From contig OY762654.1 of assembly GCA_963666205.1 (NCBI GenBank), positions 1,280,001-1,344,000 on the forward strand: 64,000 nucleotides of DNA, read 5' to 3'. How positions within the stretch are numbered: position 1 is the first letter of the stretch; every line of letters begins with the position of its first letter. Under the pieces are notes generated by a model that was not told the origin of the DNA, did not search any database, and was given only the letters and a program-made list of their open reading frames with translations. The stretch comes from Synergistales bacterium (lineage in GTDB: Bacteria > Synergistota > Synergistia > Synergistales > JAFGMB01). A program made the position numbers and the translations under genes. Positions 36,684 through 46,720 of this stretch are shown piece by piece.

Positions 36684-37583
36684 CTACAGGAGCTCCATTT
36701 CCTTCAGTGCTCCGGAAACGACGCTTTTAACTTCCTCGCTGATCTCAATATAAGGACTCCTTGAATAACCGGCGTCGATACCCTTCTCCCTCAGGATGTA
36801 ATGCATGATAGGTACGGTAGGTCCGCTCTTTGTGACCTGTCTTATCTTGAGGATGATACGCTGGGTCTCCATTGCCCCTTCTTTATCACCAGAGATGAAC
36901 TGATCGTACATCTTCCTCATTATCTCGGGAAATATATTGCCCATTCCACATACTGTACCGGTGGCTCCGGCCTCAAAGGCACCCATAAAAATAGCTTCAG
37001 TTCCTACTATGACCTGAAAATCCGGATAATTCTTCACAGCTTCCTGGTAGAAGAAGAAATTTACGAGGTCAAAGGAACTGTCCTTTACACCCCTTAGCCC
37101 TTCCTCTGCAAGACGTTTCAGAAGCTTTGGCGATACAAAGTTCTGGGAAAGGTTCTGGTTATTATATACAAAGAAAGGAAAATCCTCTTCGTTGATCGCA
37201 TCCATTATGGACTTGAAATGAGCGTAAAGTGCTTCATCTGAAAGACGGGGAGAATAGTACGGGGAAACTGCTCCTGTACCGGAGGCACCAGCAGATCTTG
37301 CATGCTGTCCCAGTTCGATCACAGACCTGGTATCAGCACATCCCACGTGGGCGACAACAGGTATAGCCCCTGCCACTTCATCAAGAATTATTTCCAGGAC
37401 CCTCTTTCTTTCAGGGAGGGTCATCAGGGGACCGCACCCATATGTACCTACGGGATAAAGTCCGTGGACATGGGGAAGCACATATCTGATTATCTCCCTT
37501 ATCCCTTTCTCATATATCTCTCCTTCTCTGGTGAATGACGAAAGAAGAGGAGGAATTACACCCAGATACTCTTTTGCTTTCAT
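36684..37583 (-). CDS. DHDPS/NAL-family aldolase or dehydratase
   Basis: GTYG, PYY, YN, G.KDS Schiff-base Lys, GN.FPE; start ATG 37583. Confidence 0.9.
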   Translation of the reverse strand: MKAKEYLGVIPPLLSSFTREGEIYEKGIREIIRYVLPHVHGLYPVGTYGCGPLMTLPERKRVLEIILDEVAGAIPVVAHVGCADTRSVIELGQHARSAGASGTGAVSPYYSPRLSDEALYAHFKSIMDAINEEDFPFFVYNNQNLSQNFVSPKLLKRLAEEGLRGVKDSSFDLVNFFFYQEAVKNYPDFQVIVGTEAIFMGAFEAGATGTVCGMGNIFPEIMRKMYDQFISGDKEGAMETQRIILKIRQVTKSGPTVPIMHYILREKGIDAGYSRSPYIEISEEVKSVVSGALKEMELL

Positions 37584-37657
37584 GATAAAAAACACCTCCG
37601 CACATATTTGTGTATTGAAAAACCTGATAGATCTGTTTGAGAATTACTGGAAGATCT

Positions 37658-38683
37658 TCATACAAGAAGACCTGCCTGTTGTGCAATAACCAGGGTTCCC
37701 CTGATGTTGAACATATCGATCTCTTCAGACTCGGTTATGGAAGAGATATCTTCAGTAAAACCCATTTTCTCCTTTAAAAGATAACTATAGATCCTGCACC
37801 TTTCTTCCTGACCCATAAGGATAATATTTGTTTTTATGGGAAAACCCATCAGTTCAAAAGCATTCATAGCCTCCAGATCTTCGGTGGCAATGGCACTTTG
37901 AAGAAAGAGCTGCCTTTGAAAAGGTTCCGTATCCAGGAGGGTATCAAGAAATCGGGGCATAAGAAGACTTCTCACCAGACCTGTTCTGCGAACCTGTTCG
38001 TAGGCACAGTCAACAACCTGCATATCCATGGGGAAACCCTCGGTACTTCCCTCTACCCTGACCGATTTACCTATACTGGTTTCCTTTACTATTGCTGCGT
38101 AAAGCTGCCCTGAAAGAGTTGTTACCGAACCCTGAATGGCCTTGTTTTTATCAATACTGATAAACTTTGTATGGGATGAAAGGACGGCCACCGTCAGGGG
38201 AAAAGATGCTATATCCATGGCAATGAGACCCGCCATCTGGGTTTCCTCTCCTCTCATGAAATCGAGCAGAGCTACATCGCTGAGTTTCGCATTTCCCTTT
38301 TTATACCTGTTCTTCACACCTGGAATAAAGTAAATGGGAAGGTCGATGGAGAAGATTTCCGGATCAGAAACCTTCTGAAGATTGCAGGCAAGGTCATCTA
38401 CTGTAACCGGAGCCCAGAGATGGGGAACTTCCAGAAGTCCCAGTTCAGACGTTATCATTCCTGCAGAAATAACAAAGGATATATCCCTTTGATCCAGTCC
38501 TGCCGCTTCAACTGCCTCGTAAAAAGCACATTCAAGGTTCGTTTTAAGATAATCATTGCTGCCATGAATACTTGTATCCCTCACCCCTGCCGATCTGAAG
38601 GTTTTTCCCAGCAGAACCCCCTTTTCATTAAGTATGTATACCCTTGAGTTAGTGGAACCGCAATCTATTGAAGCAAAATACAT
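37658..38683 (-). CDS. dgoK: 2-dehydro-3-deoxygalactonokinase family protein
   Basis: IDCGSTNSR, GMITS..GL.EVPH, DFMRGEETQ, SHTK. Confidence 0.88.
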   Translation of the reverse strand: MYFASIDCGSTNSRVYILNEKGVLLGKTFRSAGVRDTSIHGSNDYLKTNLECAFYEAVEAAGLDQRDISFVISAGMITSELGLLEVPHLWAPVTVDDLACNLQKVSDPEIFSIDLPIYFIPGVKNRYKKGNAKLSDVALLDFMRGEETQMAGLIAMDIASFPLTVAVLSSHTKFISIDKNKAIQGSVTTLSGQLYAAIVKETSIGKSVRVEGSTEGFPMDMQVVDCAYEQVRRTGLVRSLLMPRFLDTLLDTEPFQRQLFLQSAIATEDLEAMNAFELMGFPIKTNIILMGQEERCRIYSYLLKEKMGFTEDISSITESEEIDMFNIRGTLVIAQQAGLLV

Positions 38684-38684
38684 C

Positions 38685-39572
38685 CTAGACCATTCCCAGT
38701 GCCTGAAGTTCTTTTCGAATGCTGTCTATCTCTTCCTTTTCTGCAGGGACAAAGGGAGACCTGGGATAGGCTTTAATGACCCCTCTTATCTCAAGCATTG
38801 CATATACAGCAAGCTGGGTGGATTTTGCGAGATACATGATCTCTCTTATCCGGTTAACCTTGAACTGGGTCTGTCTGCACTCTTCCTGTTTCCCTTCAAT
38901 ACCTTCCAGATACATCTTTCTGCAGATCTCCGGAAAGGCATTACCAAGGCCCGGGATAAAGGATCTGCATCCAAGGGCACATGCAGCAGTCCATAATGCT
39001 TCAGTTCCAAGGGCCACATCAAATGTTTCATCAGCAAGTTCCCTCATATAAGTAGCCAGTTTCAGCAGGTCAAAGGTAGCATCCTTGATGCCATGAATTC
39101 CCAGACCCTTTAGTTTCTTCAAGGTATCAATGTTGATCTCGTAACCCGAAAATTTAACATTGTGATAGATATAGAAAGGGATCTGTCTTTCAAGGGCTAT
39201 CAGGATCTTTGAATAATATTCCATAACATTTTCCTGGTTATGGTGGTAGTAATAGGGACCTACCGCAGCTACAGCATCACAACCCAGGGAAAGAGCATGG
39301 AGACCCAGTTCGATGCTGTCTCTTGTATTCGTGGTACCGATATGTACTATTACGGGAATATCTTTACCTACCGCTTCATGGGTTATCTCGGCAACCAGTT
39401 TTCTTTCCGAAAGGGACATCATGGGACCTGATCCATAGGAACCGCAGATGAAAAGACCATCTACCCTTGTTTTGAGAAAATCCAGCAGTCGAACCAGATT
39501 TTCAGTATCCACTTCACCATCTGCGGCAAATGGTGTGATCATGGGAGGGACGATGCCCTTCATTTTGAACAT
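38685..39572 (-). CDS. DHDPS/NAL-family aldolase or dehydratase (paralog)
   Basis: GSYG, PYY, YH, GIKDA, GNAFPE. Confidence 0.9.
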   Translation of the reverse strand: MFKMKGIVPPMITPFAADGEVDTENLVRLLDFLKTRVDGLFICGSYGSGPMMSLSERKLVAEITHEAVGKDIPVIVHIGTTNTRDSIELGLHALSLGCDAVAAVGPYYYHHNQENVMEYYSKILIALERQIPFYIYHNVKFSGYEINIDTLKKLKGLGIHGIKDATFDLLKLATYMRELADETFDVALGTEALWTAACALGCRSFIPGLGNAFPEICRKMYLEGIEGKQEECRQTQFKVNRIREIMYLAKSTQLAVYAMLEIRGVIKAYPRSPFVPAEKEEIDSIRKELQALGMV

Positions 39573-39611
39573 TATCTGAATTCCTCCTTTATGTTCCTGT
39601 AAAAGATTTTA

Positions 39612-41105
39612 TTACTGCCCGTTCTGATCATTGTTCTGGAAGAAGACTTTGAAAATTCCTCCGATCCTGCTCCCGAAGAAAGTAAATATTATAAGTGCTA
39701 TCAGGCCCATGCTTATGGGGTCGGTCAGAAAGGGAGTAAAACTTCCTGCAGTTTTAATAAGTCCGACCCTCAGGTTATCTTCTATCATGGGACCAAGGAT
39801 TATCCCCAGGATCATTGGCGGCAGGGGGATCTTTATCTTTTCAAAAGAATATCCGACAACCCCGAAGGCGATCATTATATATATATCAAAAAGACTGTTC
39901 CTTATGGCAAAGGATCCGACTATAGAAAAGACAAGAACTATTACCATGATGATATTTCTGGGTAATCTCAGGATCGTGCCATATATCCTGATACCAATGA
40001 GACCCACAGGAATAAGAAAGAGCTGCGAAAACAGGGCTATCATAAAAATACCCTTTACAAGATCTGCATTCTGCTGGAATATCAGTGGTCCGGGACGGAG
40101 TCCGTACATCATCATGGCTCCCAGGACAATGGCCGTTATTGAATCACCGGGTACACCAAAAACAAGGGCAGGGATCCATGTCCCTCCTAAAGCTGCATTA
40201 TTGGCACTGGTAGGAGCTATTACGCCTTCAAAACAGCCCTTTCCAAATTCCTCGGGATGGGAAGAGGTCTTTTTTTCCAGGCCGTAAGCAACCCATGCTG
40301 CTATATCAGCTCCCGCTCCCGGAAGAGCTCCAACACAGGTCCCGATAAGGGCGGCCCTGATAAGGGTCCATTTTCGCTTGAATATAATGCCGAACGTTTC
40401 AGATGCAGAAACTTTAAGTTTATCCTCAATGCTTGTAGCAAGAAGTCTTTCCCTGCTGCGGACGTTTTTCAGAACTTCAGAGATACCGAAAAGGCCTACC
40501 ATGGCCGGAATAAAGCCGATACCTCCCATAAGCTCTGTACAACCGAAGGCAAATCTCGGATATCCGGTAGTAATGTCAATACCTACAGTTGATACGAGGA
40601 GCCCAAGAAGAGCTGAAACGAGACCTCTGGTCATGTTCCCGCTGCTCAGGACTGAACTCATGCTAAGGCCGAATACACCAAGCCAGAAATATTGGAAACT
40701 GCTGAATTTAAGCGCAAATCTCGCCAGTGGAGGAGCTATAAGGATCAATACCAGGACCCCGATAAGACCCCCAATAACAGAACAGAAAAGATCAATAGTG
40801 AGGGCGAGGGAACCCTTGCCCTGTTTCGTAAGTTCATAACCATCAAGCACTGCAGCCCCCGAGGCCGGAGTCCCTGGGATCCTCAGGAATGTCGCCGGAA
40901 TATCTCCCGTAAATATGGATGTAAAAGAAACACCCAGTATCATCGCCAGACCTGCAAGGGGATCGAGGTAATAGCTTATTGGAACTATGAGAGCCACTGC
41001 CATCGTGGCAGTCAGGCCCGGGGTCCCTCCTACCAGTATTCCGAATCCCATGGATAGTATCCAGGGTACAAGTATTTTAAGCTGAAAAATAGTCAGGATC
41101 GTCAT
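39612..41105 (-). CDS. tctA: Tripartite tricarboxylate transporter permease
   Basis: G.TPGL, IPGTP, DGY, G.LPGAG, ANNA, GVPGD, GPL. Confidence 0.93.
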   Translation of the reverse strand: MTILTIFQLKILVPWILSMGFGILVGGTPGLTATMAVALIVPISYYLDPLAGLAMILGVSFTSIFTGDIPATFLRIPGTPASGAAVLDGYELTKQGKGSLALTIDLFCSVIGGLIGVLVLILIAPPLARFALKFSSFQYFWLGVFGLSMSSVLSSGNMTRGLVSALLGLLVSTVGIDITTGYPRFAFGCTELMGGIGFIPAMVGLFGISEVLKNVRSRERLLATSIEDKLKVSASETFGIIFKRKWTLIRAALIGTCVGALPGAGADIAAWVAYGLEKKTSSHPEEFGKGCFEGVIAPTSANNAALGGTWIPALVFGVPGDSITAIVLGAMMMYGLRPGPLIFQQNADLVKGIFMIALFSQLFLIPVGLIGIRIYGTILRLPRNIIMVIVLVFSIVGSFAIRNSLFDIYIMIAFGVVGYSFEKIKIPLPPMILGIILGPMIEDNLRVGLIKTAGSFTPFLTDPISMGLIALIIFTFFGSRIGGIFKVFFQNNDQNGQ

Positions 41106-41117
41106 AAACAGGTTCTC

Positions 41118-41597
41118 CTATAATGAAATATCCAGGAAGCCTTGAGGCAGCTGGATCCGAAATAGCTTTACAAACAGGACCATTATCAGAAAGACAACTA
41201 TCGCAGATACAACTGTTCCCTTTATCCAGCCTGTTTTCATTCTGATCATCAGAAGGGACGAAAAGAGGAAAGTCGTTATGATATACCCCATTTTTTCCAG
41301 AAGAATCACGTACAGGAAAAGACTCCCTATGATGATCAGTACATTCTGGTTTCCCCAGTCCTTCAGATAATCAGACAAGGATGATCTTTCAGACACTTTT
41401 CGTGCACGCAGAGCAAGCAGTATTTCGTAAAACCCTGTCACTATAAGCCCATAACTGAGAAGAGTCGGGAAAAAACCCGGACCAGCGAGTTTTTTTCCAG
41501 ACATTATAAAGGGAGGAAATGTTCTGGATTGATAGATCACAGATATAGCTATTATTACCAGTAAAATTCCAAAAAGCAGACTTGTTTTCTTCTTCAT
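41118..41597 (-). CDS. tctB: Tripartite tricarboxylate transporter small subunit
   Basis: GP..FP motif, 4 TM, LPQG; start ATG 41597. Confidence 0.88.
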   Translation of the reverse strand: MKKKTSLLFGILLVIIAISVIYQSRTFPPFIMSGKKLAGPGFFPTLLSYGLIVTGFYEILLALRARKVSERSSLSDYLKDWGNQNVLIIIGSLFLYVILLEKMGYIITTFLFSSLLMIRMKTGWIKGTVVSAIVVFLIMVLFVKLFRIQLPQGFLDISL

Positions 41598-41651
41598 GTC
41601 AGACTCCCGGTATCCCGCCCCCCATAAAGAGGGGGGCGGGATCATCTCATA

Positions 41652-42611
41652 CTATTTTGCGTAACCGCCAAGTTCCAGGACTTTCTTCCAGGTCATATCC
41701 TGCTCTTTACAGAAGTTGTAAAATTCTTCGGAATTTCTGATCTTGATGCCAAAACCGTTCTTGTTCATGAAATCCTTATAGGCATCGGAAGTTACGATCT
41801 TGTTACAGGTCTCATAAAGGCTGTCAACGATCTCCTTTGGTGTACCCTTTGGAACCGCTATCCCTCTGAAAGTACCGGATGACCAGTCAATGCCTTCTTC
41901 CTTGAGAGTGGGAACATCGGGGAACCGGGTATCCCTTGTATCGGCCATTATGGCAAGGGCTTTGAATTCTCCCGATTCGACCTGGGCTGCCGCTTCAGGC
42001 AGACTGCAGGTAATGACATCAACATGTCCTCCAAGAAGCTCTACAACAGAAGGAGCCGCCCCTTTTGTCGGTATCCAGGTAGCTGCATCCACAGGGATAC
42101 CCACCTTATCGAACATTCCGATCCTGGAAAGATCCCAGATGGTTCCCGCACCGGAACCGGAAAATTTATATTTACCCGGATTAGCCTTGACGTCATCAAG
42201 AAGGTCTTTCACATCTTTCCAGGGAGCGTCTGAACGCACGATAACAGCTGAAGGATCCTGATTTATCTGGATAACATAATCGAAATCCTCGTAAGTAAGT
42301 TTGGTTAGCCCCATCCAGTGCATTGTTGTGATCTCCAGGGTCAGAAGGGTAATGTTATAGCCATCGGCTTTTGCATAGGCTCCCGCACCATGACCTACAG
42401 CTCCGCCTCCGCCAGTCTTATTTACAACCACAAAGGGTTCTCCATAAGCCTTCTCGAGCTCTGCTGCCATAAAACGGGCAACCCGGTCAGTTCCGCCGCC
42501 CGCCCCCCATGGACAAATAACTGTTACGCCTTTTTCCGGATATGCCGCAAAACCGGTAGAAGCAACCATCAGGAATACAGCGATCAAACCAAGAACCAGT
42601 ACCTTTCTCAC
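41652..42611 (-). CDS. tctC: Tripartite tricarboxylate transporter substrate-binding protein
   Basis: PW.AGGGTD, N..GGGG, DGY, G.....LLGGHVD, PDVPT..E. Confidence 0.93.
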   Translation of the reverse strand: MRKVLVLGLIAVFLMVASTGFAAYPEKGVTVICPWGAGGGTDRVARFMAAELEKAYGEPFVVVNKTGGGGAVGHGAGAYAKADGYNITLLTLEITTMHWMGLTKLTYEDFDYVIQINQDPSAVIVRSDAPWKDVKDLLDDVKANPGKYKFSGSGAGTIWDLSRIGMFDKVGIPVDAATWIPTKGAAPSVVELLGGHVDVITCSLPEAAAQVESGEFKALAIMADTRDTRFPDVPTLKEEGIDWSSGTFRGIAVPKGTPKEIVDSLYETCNKIVTSDAYKDFMNKNGFGIKIRNSEEFYNFCKEQDMTWKKVLELGGYAK

Positions 42612-42749
42612 AAAGATCAACTCCTTTCCATTCTGTTATTACTTCATTAAAACACCTGACCTCATATCGCTTTTCTTATGCCCCTGAGTTCCACCTCCTG
42701 TTGTTTTGGGAATTATGATCTTTAAACAATGCATATTTCTGTACGTCTT

Positions 42750-43697
42750 TCATTTATTGAGCCTTTTCCCCCGTGACTGGACAAAAGCTTCTATTTCATT
42801 ACGGGAAGGCTGCCCCCTCGTAGAACCTACGGAACCGCAGACTGCAGAAGCTACTGCATTGGCAAAAAAGGCCATATCCTCTGTTCCCATGCCTTCCAGG
42901 ACTGCAACGATAAAAGCGGAGGTAAAGGCATCTCCAGCTCCTGTTGTATCCACCACCATGGTTTCAAAGGCATTGGAATAAACAATTTCTTTTTCTGTTC
43001 CAATAACACAACCCCTACTCCCAAGTTTCAATCCCACATATTCCGGCCCTTCATTCAGGAGAGTTCTTACAATCTCTTCCGGATCACCCTGAAAACCAAG
43101 CAAGGATGCTTCTTCTTCGGTAAGGGATAGAATATTTGTAAAATTTCTTATGGTGTAAAGGGCCGTACTTCTGAACAGATCCCTGCTCCAAAGAGCCTGC
43201 CGATAGTTCAAGTCATAGGATATTCTGATCTTTTCAGAAGAGCAGCGGGAGAGCAGTTCATATGAGGCCTCCATGCAGCTTCGGCTTATTGCCTGAGATA
43301 TCCCGCTAAGATGGAAGATCCTTATTCCTTCAAAGTTAGTCTTTTTCGTATCTGCAACTGAAAAAAAGGAGGCAGCAGATCCCTTCCTTTTATAAAAGAA
43401 CTGGTGTCCTCCCCTGGAATCGTAGGTAGCAAAATAAATACCTGTATCATTCACTTCATCCATGATCACGTTTGAGAGATCTACTCCACCCTGTTTCCAG
43501 GTATCGACGATGGCATTCCCGAACAAATCATTCCCTATCCTGGTAAGGTAGCTGGAAGGATGTCCCAGCTTGTTTACACCAAGGGCAACGTTTGAAGTGT
43601 CCCCTCCGATTGCCATTTCAAAAGAACCGCTCTTACCTTCTTTCAATCGGGTGAAAAAACCTACCATGGGTTCACCGAAACACATTACCTCTGCCAT
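42750..43697 (-). CDS. PfkB family sugar kinase, KdgK-like
   Basis: FGE, GG...NVA, HLSGI, DLNYR, DTTGAGDAF. Confidence 0.9.
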   Translation of the reverse strand: MAEVMCFGEPMVGFFTRLKEGKSGSFEMAIGGDTSNVALGVNKLGHPSSYLTRIGNDLFGNAIVDTWKQGGVDLSNVIMDEVNDTGIYFATYDSRGGHQFFYKRKGSAASFFSVADTKKTNFEGIRIFHLSGISQAISRSCMEASYELLSRCSSEKIRISYDLNYRQALWSRDLFRSTALYTIRNFTNILSLTEEEASLLGFQGDPEEIVRTLLNEGPEYVGLKLGSRGCVIGTEKEIVYSNAFETMVVDTTGAGDAFTSAFIVAVLEGMGTEDMAFFANAVASAVCGSVGSTRGQPSRNEIEAFVQSRGKRLNK

Positions 43698-43790
43698 AGA
43701 AACACCTTCTCTGAATATATGATCACCGATGATGGTTTTACGATCATCTCTCTCTCATGCAGAAGACCCTGTTTTATTTCAGCAGATATA

Positions 43791-44555
43791 CTAATCCTGA
43801 TTACTCCATCCGAATGTTCTGGAAATGAGTTCTGCGGTTTTTTTCGCCAACATGCCGTATTCATCGACTTTTTCGTCCTGGAAGCGATAAGCCGGAATTG
43901 AAATACTGATCGCACCCGTAGGGAAATTATTGGAGTCCATGATCGCAGCTCCAACACACCTGATACCCACTTCATTCTGCTGATTCTCTTCTGAATAACC
44001 TTTATCCCTGAATTCCTTCAGGATCTCCCGAAGTCTTTCTCTGTCGATCAGCGTATCAGGGGTTCTTTTCAGTAGATCTGTCTTTTCCAGGTATTCATCC
44101 AGATCCTCCCTGGGAAGAACAGAAAGGATAGCTCTACCCACACCGGTACTGTAGAGGGGTAGTTCCGTCCCTGTTCTGGAAAGCATGCCTACGGGATGGG
44201 AACTCTCTATCTTGAAAATGTAATATGCTTTTCTGTTTTCGTAGATCACAAGATGGATGGTTTCACTGATTTTCTCGGAGAGTTCCTGAAGGAATGGGCG
44301 GGCTATATCTATGAGCCCACTGGATCTGTTATACGAATAAGCCCAGCGGAGAAAGGCCGGACCTAGAGAATACTTCTGATGGCGGTCCTGCAGAACAAGA
44401 TAGTTTTCCTGGAGAGCTCCAAGAATTCTATGAGTAGTAGCCTTGGGAAGAACGGTTTCTTCCGATATCTCTGTTATTCCCATGGGAATCCCTTTATCAG
44501 AAAGGACATTGAGGATTACGACAGCCCGATTAAGAACTTTCATCATTTCCCCCAT
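43791..44555 (-). CDS. IclR family regulator
   Basis: LPKATTHRIL HTH; LPLYSTGVG; GIRCVGAAI. Confidence 0.94.
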   Translation of the reverse strand: MGEMMKVLNRAVVILNVLSDKGIPMGITEISEETVLPKATTHRILGALQENYLVLQDRHQKYSLGPAFLRWAYSYNRSSGLIDIARPFLQELSEKISETIHLVIYENRKAYYIFKIESSHPVGMLSRTGTELPLYSTGVGRAILSVLPREDLDEYLEKTDLLKRTPDTLIDRERLREILKEFRDKGYSEENQQNEVGIRCVGAAIMDSNNFPTGAISISIPAYRFQDEKVDEYGMLAKKTAELISRTFGWSNQD

Positions 44556-44559
44556 TGTT

Positions 44560-44631
44560 ATTCCGTTTTATGGAACAAGATTCCTTGAAATGAAACAGAA
44601 TTACCTTACATCCTCCAGGCATAATTGTCAA
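44560..44631 (-). promoter_or_regulatory. Promoter with tandem IclR-type boxes
   Basis: TTGACA(44631-44626)-N17-TAAGGT; ATTCC-N7-GGAAC (44560-44576) and ATTCC-N7-GAAAC (44580-44596). Confidence 0.6.
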
Positions 44632-44964
44632 ACAATATCCAATTGAGAGTAATTGATATTTAATCTCGGATTGTACTCGGATAACATGGATGATCACAAC
44701 TAATATCAGAGTGACTGGAAAGGGAATAATCCCTCCATGCTTAACTCTTTCGGGAAAATACCAGATAAACCGGAGATGATACATGGAACAGGTCAATGAA
44801 ACGGATCAAGTCCTCCTTCTCCTTCAATATTCCCGAATATCTGAATGGACTGACATATTTTAATAACGGGCATAACCATCCTTTAGAAAGAAGGGAGCCG
44901 ATCCCTGAGAACCGCCTCCCCTGAACGTTGATCATATTTCTGTAAAACTGAATTATTATATTTC

Positions 44965-46689
44965 TTAATCTTCCAGGGATATATATGCCCCTTCCATGGC
45001 AGAAACGGCATGGCGGGCATAGAGCCCCAGAGCACCTTTATAATCTCTTTCAACAGGTTTATGAATCTTCCGTCTTTCTTCGAGAATAGACACTATTTCT
45101 GCAGGTTCCATTCTCTCGCCACGGACTCCCACAAGATCAAGTTTTCTCTCATGTATATTGATCTCTATGAGATCTCCCTCTTCGACAAGCCCGATGGGCC
45201 CTCCCGAAGCAGCTTCAGGAGAAACATGTCCTATGGCCGGCCCTCTTGTAGCCCCTGAAAAGCGACCGTCGGTTATCAGGGCAATGGACGATGCGATCTC
45301 CGGATCCGAAGCAATGGCCTCCGCTGTGTAGAACATCTCTGGCATCCCTGCTCCCCTGGGACCCTCGTTGCGGATTATCATTATATCTCCCGGTCTTATC
45401 CGCTTATTGATAACCGCATCATAGGCATCCTCTTCACATTCAAAGGGACGGGCCCTTCCAACCATGTTATGCATTTCTTTCGGCGCAGCAGAATGCTTGA
45501 TCACTGCACCTCCAGGCGCGATGTTACCCTTGAGTATTGCTATAGCCCCTTCTTTACTGAAGGGATATGCAGCATCCCGGATAATATCATTTCCGGTAAT
45601 TCCCTTTTCCTGTGCGATCAATTGGCGTTTTTCAAAATATCCTTCCCTCTCAAGATCATTCATATTCTCTCCAAGAGTTTTTCCGGTCACGGTCATAACG
45701 TCAAGGTTCAATAGATGCCTGATCTGTGCCATAACCGCTGGAACTCCTCCAGCATACCAGAAATATTGTGAAGGGTAGGTTCCGCTTGGTTTGATATTGG
45801 TGATCCATGGGGTGGTCCTGTTGAGTTCATCAAAAATATCAGGATCCAGGTCAATTCCAGCTTCATGGGCTGCTGCCATGATATGGATGAGAGCATTTGT
45901 CGAACCTGCTATTGCGGCATGAACCATTATGGCATTTTCAAAGGCTTTTCTGGTCATTATTCTGCGGGGAGTTATTCCCTTCTCCACAAGATGGACTATT
46001 CGGGACCCGGAGAGGGAGGCAGCTTCCCCCAGTTCAGGCCGGTCTACAGGGATCAGGGCTGTACCGGGCAGGCTCATACCTAAAGCCTCGGCCATTACCT
46101 GCATAGTAGAGGCAGTACCCATAAACTGACATGCACCGCAGCTGGGACAGGCATGAGTTTTGTAATAACGGTACTGCTCATCACTGATCTCTTTCCTTTT
46201 ATGCATGGCCATGTACGTGCCTATCTGCTCAAGGGTCAGGTTGTCGGGACCGGCAAGCATGGATCCTCCTGCTACAAAGATGGAAGGATAGTCTATACGA
46301 AGCATGGACATCAGATGAGCGGGGATAGCCTTGTCACACGAAGCAAGGAACAGGATCCCGTCAACAGGTGTGGATTTTGCCTGTATTTCTATCATGTTAG
46401 CTATAAATTCACGGGAAGGCAGGGAATAGTTCATGCCATCATGTCCCTGGGCTATACCATCGCACATATCAGTAACGGTATACATAGCCCCTCTTGCGTT
46501 ATTTTCTGCCAGGGATCTTCTGACCAGATCTACCAGTTTATAAAGATGAGCACTTCCAGGATGGCTTTCTCCCATGGTACTTTCAATCATTATCTGAGGC
46601 AGAGCCAACTCATCTTCAGTCCAGCCGGCACCCATTCTCAGAGAATCAGCTTCAGAAGCAACACTTCTCATTTTCTGACTTCTTAACAT
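44965..46689 (-). CDS. IlvD/Edd-family dehydratase, probably a sugar-acid dehydratase
   Basis: CDG, YSL.SRE, SCDK, GACQFMGTA, GSTN, EGP.G.GMPEM, TDGRFSG, GHVSPEA. Confidence 0.9.
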   Translation of the reverse strand: MLRSQKMRSVASEADSLRMGAGWTEDELALPQIMIESTMGESHPGSAHLYKLVDLVRRSLAENNARGAMYTVTDMCDGIAQGHDGMNYSLPSREFIANMIEIQAKSTPVDGILFLASCDKAIPAHLMSMLRIDYPSIFVAGGSMLAGPDNLTLEQIGTYMAMHKRKEISDEQYRYYKTHACPSCGACQFMGTASTMQVMAEALGMSLPGTALIPVDRPELGEAASLSGSRIVHLVEKGITPRRIMTRKAFENAIMVHAAIAGSTNALIHIMAAAHEAGIDLDPDIFDELNRTTPWITNIKPSGTYPSQYFWYAGGVPAVMAQIRHLLNLDVMTVTGKTLGENMNDLEREGYFEKRQLIAQEKGITGNDIIRDAAYPFSKEGAIAILKGNIAPGGAVIKHSAAPKEMHNMVGRARPFECEEDAYDAVINKRIRPGDIMIIRNEGPRGAGMPEMFYTAEAIASDPEIASSIALITDGRFSGATRGPAIGHVSPEAASGGPIGLVEEGDLIEINIHERKLDLVGVRGERMEPAEIVSILEERRKIHKPVERDYKGALGLYARHAVSAMEGAYISLED

Positions 46690-46720
46690 TGTTACACCTC
46701 CTGGTGGGGGTCCTGAATGG

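Noticed and set aside
44640-44960. 320-bp gap with short ORFs (64 and 88 aa), possible pseudogene or sRNA
   Set aside because: No SD, recognisable motif or convincing structure; cannot be supported without a search.
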